A stretch of 64,000 nt of DNA from Nemertoderma westbladi (lineage: Eukaryota; Animalia; Xenacoelomorpha): assembly GCA_032718475.1 (NCBI GenBank), contig JAUCBJ010006705.1, positions 56,516 to 120,515 on the forward strand, read 5' to 3'. A program made the translations under genes and the position numbers. The notes under the pieces were generated by a model. It searched no databases. It saw only the letters and a list, made by a program, of their open reading frames with translations, and was not told where the DNA came from. Shown here in pieces: positions 39,894 through 50,373 of the stretch. Numbering within the stretch: the stretch's first letter is position 1; every line of letters begins with the position of its first letter.

Positions 39894-41590
39894 TTTGACC
39901 CTAGATCTCTTTGACCCTAGATCTCTTTGACCCTAGATCTCTTTGACCCTAGATCTCTTTGACCCTAGATCTCTTTGACCCTAGATCTCTTTGACCCTAG
40001 ATCTCTTTGACCCTAGATCTCTTTGACCCTAGATCTCTTTGACCCTAGATCTCTTTGACCCTAGATCTCTTTGACCCTAGATATCTTTGACCCTAGATCT
40101 CTTTGACCCTAGATCTCTTTGACCCTAGATCTCTTTGACCCTAGATCTCTTTGACCCTAGATCTCTTTGACCCTAGATATCTTTGACCCTAGATATCTTT
40201 GACCCTAGATCTCTTTGACCCTAGATCTCTTTGACCCTAGATCTCTTTGACCCTAAATCTCTTTGACCCTAGATCTCTTTGACCCTAGATCTCTTTGACC
40301 CTAGATCTCTTTGACCCTAGATCTCTTTGACCCTAGATCTCTTTGACCCTAGATCTCTTTGACCCTAGATCTCTTTGACCCTAGATCTCTTTGACCCTAG
40401 ATCTCTTTGACCCTAGATCTCTTTGACCCTAGATCTCTTTGACCCTAGATCTCTTTGACCCTAGATCTCTTTGACCCTAGATCTCTTTGACCCTAGATCT
40501 CTTTGACCCTAGATCTCTTTGACCCTAGATCTCTTTGACCCTAGATCTCTTTGACCCTAGATCTCTTTGACCCTAGATCTCTTTGACCCTAGATCTCTTT
40601 GACCCTAGATCTCTTTGACCCTAGATCTCTTTGACCTTAGATCTCTTTGACCCTAGATATCTTTGACCTTAGATCTCTTTGACCCTAGATCTCTTTGACC
40701 CTAGATCTCTTTGACCCTAGATCTCTTTGACCCTAGATCTCTTTGACCCTAGATCTCTTTGTCCCTAGATCTCTTTGACCCTAGATCTCTTTGACCCTAG
40801 ATCTCTTTGACCCTAGATCTATTTGACCCTAGATCTCTTTGACCCTAGATCTCTTTGACCCTAGATCTCTTTGACCCTAGATCTCTTTGACCCTAGATCT
40901 CTTTGACCCTAGATCTCTTTGACCCTAGATCTCTTTGACCCTAGATCTCTTTGACCCTAGATATCTTTGACCCTAGATCTCTTTGACCCTAGATATCTTT
41001 GACACTAGATCTCTTTGACCTCAGATCTCTTTGACCCTAGATCTCTTTGACCCTAGATCTCTTTGTCCCTAGATCTCTTTGACCCTAGATATCTTTGACC
41101 CTAGATATCTTTGACCCTAGATCTCTTTGACCCTAGATCTCTTTGACCCTAGATCTCTTTGACCCTAGATCTCTTTGACCCTAGATCTCTTTGACCCTAG
41201 ATCTCTTTGACCCTAGATCTCTTTGACCCTAGATCTCTTTGACCCTAGATCTCTTTGTCCCTAGATCTCTTTGACCCTAGATCTCTTTGACCCTAGATCT
41301 CTTTGTCCCTAGATCTCTTTGACCCTAGATCTCTTTGACCCTAGATCTCTTTGACCCTAGATCTCTTTGACCCTAGATCTCTTTGACCCTAGATCTCTTT
41401 GACCCTAGATCTCTTTGTCCCTAGATCTCTTTGACCCTAGATCTCTTTGACCCTAGATCTCTTTGACCCTAGATCTCTTTGACTCTAGATCTCTTTGACC
41501 CTAGATCTCTTTGACCCTAGATCTCTTTGACCCTAGATCTCTTTGACCCTAGATCTCTTTGACCCTAGATCTCTTTGACCCTAAATCTCT
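39894..41590. repeat. 16-bp tandem satellite B2 (~106 units)
   Basis: Directly visible; same linker and the same first four variant monomers as B1. Confidence 0.99.
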
Positions 41591-41879
41591 CCGAGTAACA
41601 TCATGGAAGGCAATGGGAACGGAACACCCTTCTATTATTGGTGCCAAAAATAATATTACTATTGGTTGAAACATTTTTAGTATGGAAAACAAAGACAGGG
41701 AGGGAAACTGGACGCAAATCCCATCTCGGCGAATTAATATCTCGTCTCAATGTTAAATTATTAATTTTGGAAAGGGAGCAGGTTACTGTGGCTCGTTATC
41801 CCAACCAAAACACTAAACGAAAATCAATTGAACAGGTTACATTTTTATACTTGGGAGTAATCATCTGTTATTTGCGTAA

Positions 41880-41948
41880 ATTTTCCCCTGACGAGGGATG
41901 CATTTTTAGTGCGTCGAAAGTCACCCCCACCCCCAATATCGGGAAAAT
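41880..41948 (+). ncRNA. Degenerate type I hammerhead-ribozyme-like motif (possible Penelope-like relic)
   Basis: Stem I ATTTTCCC/GGGAAAAT, core CTGACGA, stem II GATGCA/TGCGTC, then GAAA and an ATC triplet before stem I'. Stem III does not pair well. Confidence 0.4.
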
Positions 41949-42290
41949 ATGAACTGAAATTAAATTTAAAATCATAGAGATGGGTAACCTCTTCATGGGC
42001 TGGTCACATTTTCCTTAGTTTCCATTACTTTGGAATTACTAATACTTTTCAGTTTTACCCAATAGTCAATTAATAGCTTTGTGTGATGCCAATGTTTATT
42101 TAAGGTTCGAGAACGCCATGCATCACCGCGATTATTTTTTAGTCAGAAACTTGAGGATAAAGTGATGCGACTTGCTGAGAAGTTGGCAAAGGGCGACATC
42201 CATAGAGGCGATATGATTTTAGATGGTGAGACTTAATTACATTAATTATTTATGTCTTATAGCACAGTTTTGGGATACGATCGTCCTAAT

Positions 42291-42624
42291 TTTTTTTTTT
42301 TTTTACTCAAAAGCCTCCATATATTATAATATTAACAAACAATAATTCGAATATAAAAACGCACCAAAACAAGTACAAATATAACCCACCACCAGCTGAT
42401 TCAAACTGTTACCTAGCAACAATACAAACAATACAAATTGGTTCAGTACCCATCACCAGTCTGCCACTCTGCCACTGCCAGTACCCAACAAACCCGCCAG
42501 ACCTCTAAACATCTAAGCCGTCCCGGGGTCCGAGTCCGCGTTCGCCCACACAATGGACGCGTCCGCCACCGCTGCCCGCGCCGGTCTTCTAGCGGCCGAC
42601 CGAAACCCACGGAGCCACATCAGG
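42291..42624 (-). mobile_element. Short poly(A)-tailed retroposon / LINE 3' fragment with 12-bp TSD
   Basis: GATCGTCCTAAT at 42279-42290 and 42625-42636; T-run 42291-42304; GC-rich open frame on the minus strand followed by an AT-rich UTR. Confidence 0.8.
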
Positions 42625-43074
42625 GATCGTCCTAATAGTGTTGCCATAAAAACTCAATTATAATAGAAACCTTAATAAATTATTTATAACCTAATCGTTA
42701 AGAAAGGTCAGACATCTGTTTGGATGATTTCTATGGATGTTGCTGACCTCGCCCTATATTTTTCTATTTAATTATTATTTCTTTATTCCGGGTCATAACC
42801 CATATTAGCACAGTAAAAGACAGAAATTGTAATGTAATACCGGTAAAATTACATGTAGACCCAAAGTGACCTGCCTACCAACAATAAAAATAAAAGTACG
42901 GTGATAAGTATTTTTTTGTTTTAAATACATCAGTACATGACGATGTTAATGTTATCCCTATCCCTAATGCGGCTGGAACCATAGGTGGACTCAAACACTG
43001 TTTGAACAATAATATTGTCAGATGAGTTGAGGCGAGAGATTAAATAGCGCTAAATCGAATTTGTTCCAACTTAG

Positions 43075-43913
43075 TGTGACGGGATCAAGGGATCCCGATC
43101 GGTTAATCAGACTACGCGTCACCGTGTTCGTGGAATAGTAAAAATAAGAGTTCGTTGTTATCTATTTGATGCTCTGAATATTAATATCAATAACTGAATG
43201 ACTGAATGATAGCACAGTATAGTTTGATGATGACAGCTTGGTAACAGTATGGTATACCGGTAGGTGTGGATATATTGGTGACGGTGAAGGATGTCACCAG
43301 TCTGCACTAAAAACCAATAACTGAATAACTGATTTACAGACCGGTAGCAGTATAATATATATATATGTATAATTACTCCTATAGTATTGTGGCCTCTTAA
43401 CCTAGTGGATGCTTCCTTCGCCCCTATTGGCTAATGATCTACTTCACGCCTCTCCCCTCTCTGTGAGTGTTCCCCCCTGCTGTTGGCCCCTGCTGGTTGT
43501 TTCCCCTTTCGAGGTGGATTGACCTCTAACCTCCCTTTGTGTGGCTTTGGGGTTTGTGTTGTCCCCGGTGTTGGCTGTGATACGAGATTGGTTATTACCA
43601 ATCTCGTATCTCCAACATTGCTGAAAAGGTGCCACTACCCATTTTATGAGGGTAATGCAGCGGAACTGAATCCGCTTACACCCCCCCCCCATGCTATCTT
43701 CCCGGTGAGAAGATAGCATCACCTCTAAGTGCGCTTCAATTCCGCTGGAACCCAATCTACTATCGGGTGTGGTGTGGAGTTGTTTTCTTGGAGTCGGCTT
43801 TCCAGGCCGCTCCCTCTGGGTATGATGTTACTACCCCTTCTTGGTGCAACCGCAACCTATGTTGCACCAAGACATCTGGTGTCTCGGTTCGAGACAATTG
43901 TGGACTCGTCACA
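43075..43913 (-). mobile_element. Solo-LTR-like unit (TGTGACG...CGTCACA), no TSD
   Basis: 7-bp inverted termini; CCAAT-like and TATA-like boxes in minus orientation; homologous to 53291-53966. Confidence 0.7.
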
Positions 43914-44947
43914 CAATTTTAAAAAACTACTCTCACTCTAAGTTCACTCTAACTCCACTTCAGCTCCACTCTACTCTATCTTACTCGCTCCCCACACCCG
44001 AATCGCACTCCTCTCACTTTCCCTTGTCGTGTCAACACCTCCTCTCCTTTCCCCCCCCCCCCCACCCCCCGATTCCCATTCTCGCTTTCATCCCTTATAC
44101 ACTTATTGGGCCCCACACATGTGCCCATCATGTTAGTGGGAGCCGTCTAAGTCCCATCCTGTCGCCCTAGTCAATTTGTCCCCAGTCCCAGTAGCTAATT
44201 GGAAAAAGGTTGTACTTGACTACGGTGCATATTATACCTCCTAACTTTATTTTATATTTTTTTTTGTTTTATCTGCATTTGCCCCTATTCTGTGCTATCA
44301 TTTTGTACCTACCTCTCTACTTACTTCTTACTTACTACTTACCATGTAACTCTCTTACTACTAACTCTATTAACTTTACTAACTTCACTAACTCTACTAA
44401 CTCTAACTCTCTAACTCTACTAAGTCTCTAACTCTCTAACTCTACTAGCTCCAACGGTACTATGTACCCTCCTACTACCCGTGGTATGTCTCTATACCAC
44501 ACTCCCTGATCTCTAACTTCTAACTCTTACGGTACTATGTACCCTCTTACTCCCGTGGTATGTCTCTATACCACACTCCCTGATCTCTAACTCTCCTCTT
44601 ACGGTACTATGTACCCTCTTACTCCCGTGGTATGTCTCTATACCACACTCCCTGATCTCTAACTCTCCTCTTACGGTACTATGTACCCTCTTACAACTCT
44701 AACTAAACTTTAACTAACTTTACTAACGGTACTACGTACCCTCTTACTCTCTAACGAACTCTTACTAACTTCTAATAATGGTACTGTGTACCCTCTTACT
44801 CTACTAACTTTTATCTGCCTATTTTACTTACTACTACTTACTATCTACTATTACTTTCTCTTTCTGAATTTCTAACTTTCTTTCTATTACTTTGTTTTAT
44901 TTTATTATTTTTTTTATATTTTGTGTAGGAAGGGCGTCTCGCCCTCA
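43914..44947 (-). repeat. Partial 3' LTR of the BEL/Pao element with ~70-bp tandem repeats (44455-44800)
   Basis: Begins TG just after the PPT; ACGGTACTATGTACCCTC..GTGGTATGTCTCTATACCAC units occur three times plus partial copies. Confidence 0.65.
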
Positions 44948-44986
44948 ATCCCACCCCCCTCAGTCCAACACTTGGACGACTAAACT

Positions 44987-47128
44987 CTAAGGTGCGCCTT
45001 CTAGTAGGCAACACTTCCCTACAGCCCTCCTGTAGGTCTTCCTATCCTTTGCTCCTATCTTACCCCCCATCCACACTTCCACCGATTGGACTCTTCCGTC
45101 CTCGTCAGGGTAAGTGTCTACCACTCTCGCTAGCCTCCACTGATTGTTGATGATTGTGTCGTCGGTGACGATCACTAAATCACCTTTCTTTAACTCTCTA
45201 GTGGTATTTCTCCACTTGCTCCTCCTGTGTAATGTGGGTAGGTATTCCTCGACCCACCTCCTCCAGTTTCTGTGCTTATCGCCTTGGCGACTTTCCAACT
45301 CTGTCGGGAGTGTATGTCATCTGGGTCTACACCCCGCATGTCGATGGTCGCTGGTCTTTCCATCAGAAAGTGACTCGGTGTTAGCATGACTAGTGATTCC
45401 GGGTTGTCATTCTCTAGATATCAAAAAAAAAAAAATTCCCTCGCACTTAGCTAGCACCGTCCTTAGAATGTCCTCTGTCACCATGTGGGTGTTCATCAAC
45501 TTCGTCATCAGACGCTTGGAACTACCCACAAGCCTCTCGACGCACCCTAATGTATGTGGCGCATATGGCGTCCTCCTTTCCCACGGTCTTCTCATGGCTG
45601 CCCTGACCTCTTCTCCTTCTAGGATGTCCAAGGCCTCCACCAACTCGTTATCCGCCCCCACAAAGTTGGTTCCATTGTCAGAATAGATGATTGCGATCGT
45701 CCCACCTTTGCGGTCCCTGAATCTCTCTAAGGCATTGATGAATGCCAATGCCGTGGCGTCCTGGGCGAGTTCTATTCCTACCGCCCTCGTGTTGTTACAT
45801 ACGAAGATGATGCCGTAGCATTTCTCTGTGTGTCGCATCACCTTGATCTTGATCGGCCCGAACATGTCTATGCCGCAGTGCGTGAATGGCGGGTCGTGCT
45901 GTCTCACCCTACTGGCCAGTAATGGCGCCATCTCTTGTACGGCCCGCTCCTTTCTCGTCCGTCGGCAGGTCTGGCACTGCCCCACTACCGCCTTCACCTT
46001 CTTTCTTAGCTGCGCGATCCAGAAGGTCCTCCATATCTCCGTGAGGGTCTGGTTGGTGCCTCCATGCAATATCGACTTGTGGGAGTCCCAAATGATCTGG
46101 TGGACTATCGGCGATCTGTTTGGGATGATAATGGGTTTTGGTGGGATGATGAGACTGTTGTTATTCAGCACTCTGGAATTCATCACCAGAATCCCATCAT
46201 CATTGAGTTGTGGTGACAGCGTGATGAGCTTGCTGTCCCGACGAAGATGTTGTTGTTTGCTGACCCGCTCCACTTCGTTGCCGTAGTTCTTTCTCTGTTC
46301 GTACCGTATCACGGCCTTAGCCGCTCCCTCCAGATCGATGTTTGGTTTCCTCTTGGCATCCTTGCCAACTCCCTTGAGGAAATCCCCGTAGGCCCTCCAG
46401 TACACCACCAACTTCTTGGTCTTGTACCAGCTTGAGCTGTAGCTGAGTAGCCTATCCATCGGGTTGTCGCATGGCTCTTCTAATTTCGGTTGCACCTCCC
46501 TAATCTCCCTCGCCATCTGACTATATATCTCTTCTCCTTCTGAATCTTCTCCCTCTTCCCCTGGTGCTACTTCCTCTGAAACCGGGTCTACCTTCTTCAT
46601 TGGTGGCCAGGCCGATCTATCATTCAGGAAGCGTGGCCCGTGCTGCCACAACACTTCCTTCTTTAAGAAAGTGTGGCGTGCCACGCCCCTCGATAACAAG
46701 TCTGCCGGGTTCTCGTCCATTGGGCAGTAGTGCCACCTTTCCAAGTCTGTCGTCGCCCTTATTTCGTCCACCCTATTTGCGACGAATATAGGGTATCTCA
46801 TCTTCTCATTGTGCAGCCATCCAAGCACTACCATGGAGTCCGTCCAATAGTGTGTTTCCACTATGTTGGGAATAGTGTCCATCAAGTAGGCTGTGGCCCT
46901 TACTCCTAATCTTGAAGCTGTCAACTCGAGTTTCGGGACTGATGCTGAATATGGCGGCGTCGACTTTGCTTTACTGAATGCGAGTCTGGGCTTATGAGCC
47001 CCCTTTCGCTGTACCAGGTAGAGTGCCGCTCCGTATGCTTCTAATGATGCATCGGAGAACATGTGTAGGTCCAGATCCGTCATGTCCCCATCCAGGAAAT
47101 ACACGCGTGGCATGCTGTACGTCCCCAT
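44987..47128 (-). pseudogene. pol: BEL/Pao pol: RNase H, integrase and DUF5641 tail (frameshifted)
   Basis: LHMFSDASLEAYGA, PKLELTA, WTDSMVVLGW, ENPADLLSRG, H..HGG..CQTC, GIDMFGP, SDNGTNFVG, VERLVG, WRRWVEEYLPTL, GDLVIV, WRLARV. Confidence 0.93.
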
Positions 47129-47219
47129 CTGTTCTAAACTCCCCGTCCACTTACTCCACTGCTGGCTGATGTCTTCCGGGACCTCTGTATCCCACTCGTC
47201 CTTTAACTTATATACTTTC

Positions 47220-47993
47220 TTAAGTATCTGTTTCCCGGTAACTAACAGTGGGGATGCTAGGCCTAAGGGATCGTATATCCTTGCTATGTACGATACATAG
47301 CCCCATCTTTGTGTGGATGTCCGCGCCCTCCTGGCTCAGTTGATACTTAAACTCGTCTGTCTCCCGGTTCCACACGATCCCCAGTGCCTTCTGCTGAGAC
47401 TCCACTCTCTTGTTCGCCATGTCCTGTCCTTTGGCTGTTGTGGGATTGTCCATGGTCGACTCTGGCCGCCTGTCCTCTATGGCTTTCATAAACTCCTCCG
47501 AGCTGGATTGAAACTTCATCAGGTTAAATCCGGATCCTTTCAGGATGTCGCGAACATCGCGCCCTGTGTCCAGTAATTCTTTAACCATGTTTCCAGACTC
47601 CATTCTGTCGTCTACATAGAAACCGCGTCGAATCATATCGATCGCTTTGGTGCTATACTTCCCTTCTTTCCCCTCTACTGTATCTCTTACAGCCACAGTT
47701 GTCGTAAATGAGGACGACTTGGCCCCCATGTTCTGCACCACCATCTTGTACTTCGGTATTGTCGACGGTTCCTCGTCGCCGTTGTACCATAGGAAGCGCT
47801 GGCTGTCGCTGTCCTCCTCCGTCACACGGACTTGGTTGAACATGCCTTCAATGTCGCAGGTGAAGGCGTGTCTCCCATTTCTAAATCTCAGTAGGACCTC
47901 GATTCCCGAGTTGTAGATATTGGGGCCCTCCAGCAGATAGTCGTTTAGGCACTTGCCATTGGTTTTAGCCGATGCGTCCACTACCATCCGCAA
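47220..47993 (-). pseudogene. pol: BEL/Pao reverse transcriptase fragment
   Basis: RMVVDASAK, LNDYLLEGPN, DIEGMFNQV, QRFLW, FYVDD, KALGIVW. Confidence 0.93.
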
Positions 47994-47994
47994 T

Positions 47995-50373
47995 TTACCT
48001 CTTCTTTGGATCTAAAGCCACATGAAGTGGCAGGTAGTAGGTCCTGTCCATGTTCGGTTCGTCGACCGGCAACTCCACGGCCCATCCTTTCTCGACGTAC
48101 TTCCTTATCGTCGTATGGATGTACTCATCCTTCTCGGGGCTCCGTTTCAGCGTTTGCTTCAGTTTACAAAGCCTTGTGAGTACCATTCCCTTGCTCTCTG
48201 GTAGCGGTAATTTTGGTTGTTTCCACACCATGCCTATGGTGTACCGCCCCTCGTCGCATCTCATCGACTCCTTCACAATTTGCACCGCTTGTTTATCCTC
48301 TACCGAGGTTCCAACCCCGGTCTCCTTTAGTCCCTCAAAGTTGCAAAGCTGCTCCTCCGCTCCTTCATCTTCCATCTCCCTCATAGTTCCCGCGAACATG
48401 CACCCTGATGTCTCCAACATCCTAAAGGGAATCTTGGTTTTAATTGGGCCGCTTAACGTCCACCCGAATGCCATCGTCATCATTAGAATTGCCATCGGGT
48501 CATGCTGTCTGTCTTCACCGAAAACCGTCTGTAATCTCTCGTGGGCCGTCGGGCAATCCATTCCCACTATGATGGATACCTTCCTGACGTCCACCTCCGG
48601 TATCGAGAAATCGATGTTGTACAGGAATCTGTATTGCTCGACCTCGATGTTGGTTGGTCGCCTGGCGTTTATGTTGATCGATTCTATCACCTGGATGGGG
48701 TCGATGGTTGCCCCATAGTCACATCCCGGTGCTATCGCTGATATCTCGCACCGTCCCATCCTCATCTCCAGGACCTCATCTTTGCTGGAGATGGTTGTTA
48801 CCGCCATCCTACTTGGCCTCGTCTTTAGTCCTATCTCCTCGGCCACCCAATTCTCCACCAACGTGAAGGCTGCTCTGCTGTCGACCAGCATCAGCATAGT
48901 AACTGATCGACCGCCTTCTCCTATCACCCTCACTGGCACTACCCCGAGTAGTACCGTTCCCCTTTTCTTTGCCCCTATGGTGCTTGTCGCCATTGTTTGA
49001 CCTTTGCCTTGACCGAATCTTACTGGTGTCTCCTTACACTCTTCAACCTTGTGTCCCCCTATCACACATCGGTGACAAATTCCATTCTTATCCGCATAGG
49101 CTTTCCGATCTTGTTCGGGTAACGCCTGCCAATGCTTACAGTCCATGGTCTTATGGGTTCTGTCTTTATGCAATTGACATTTGTATTCTGGGTTGTAACG
49201 TTCCCTATATAACCCTACACGTATTGCGCGTAGGTTTACTTCTACCAGTTTAGTGTTTTGGTTATTTGAGTTTGGCCTACTGGGTGTGTTGGGGTTATAT
49301 TTGTTCGTGTTGTTATTTTGTCCCTGTTCGTGCCACAGTCTGGCCCCACTTCCAGCTATCTGTGGACTTGCAATCCCCTGTGTCGCCACGTATGGTAGGG
49401 ATTGTCTTAATTTTGGCAACGCATTTGCCGCATTATGCTCTAGTTTCGGCCTGTTGTATTCGGCCCTCGGCGCCTTCCCCAGACTATCCTCGCTGTAGAC
49501 TGGGTCCGTGATTAACTCTGCTTCGTAGTTGAGGAAGTTCGACATTTCCTCTAGGCCCGGTTCCGCACCTTTCTTCTCCCGGGTGGAGAAGGCGATCTTT
49601 CTCCATTTATTGCGCAGCCAGATCGGCAGTGCCTGCGCTATCGTGGTGATATTATTAGATGCGTTGAGTTCGTATGGCGCGTCTAGTGTCTTCAGCACGA
49701 TTAACGCCTTCTCGACCTTGTTCGCAAACATCTTTATGCTAACAGGGTTATCCTGTAGGCCACCCGATGTTATTCCCCTTAGGGTCTGCTGGATGATTTT
49801 GGCAGGGTGTCTGTATTCCTTGTCTAGGGCCCGCCATGCAGTCGTGAAGCCACCCTCGATGCCCTGATACTGCCTCACGATATCGTACGCTGGGCCCCCT
49901 GTGTACACTTGTAAATATTTTAGGCACTCCGCCTGCGTCAGGTTTTTAGTTAATATTTCATTGCTGTACATGCGTCGGAATTGCAGGTATTCTTCCGGTC
50001 TGCTTCTGTCGAATTTAAATGGTTCAACTGGTGGTAGCTCGATCCTGGTCTTGAGCGCATCGATAAGTGTTGCCATACCCATCGCCTGTGCTTCCAATGG
50101 GTTCGACGGATGCTGTACAGACTCTCCTGTTGGGTGCGGTTCGCCCGTCGGGCCTGTTGATTTCTTCTGTGTCGGATATATCATTGGGGGTAATGGCCCC
50201 CTCCATATCTCTGTGTCGCACGATCTGTTCTGTTCCAGGGGGTTCGATGTTCTTGTTCTCGGTTGAGTGTGTTGCTGATATTGTAATGGGGGAATGTCAC
50301 TCTGCCCCCCCCCCCCCCCACCGGTGTTATGTTTGGTACTGGGGTTGATGTTAATATATTGGGGCCCATACAC
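47995..50373 (-). pseudogene. gag: BEL/Pao gag core, zinc knuckles and aspartic protease (active site reads DSR), start of RT
   Basis: DUF1759-like block, CQLHKDRTHKTMDC, CHRCVIGGHKVEEC, LVDSRAAFT, IIVGMD, FGWTLSGP, YYLPLH. Confidence 0.9.
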
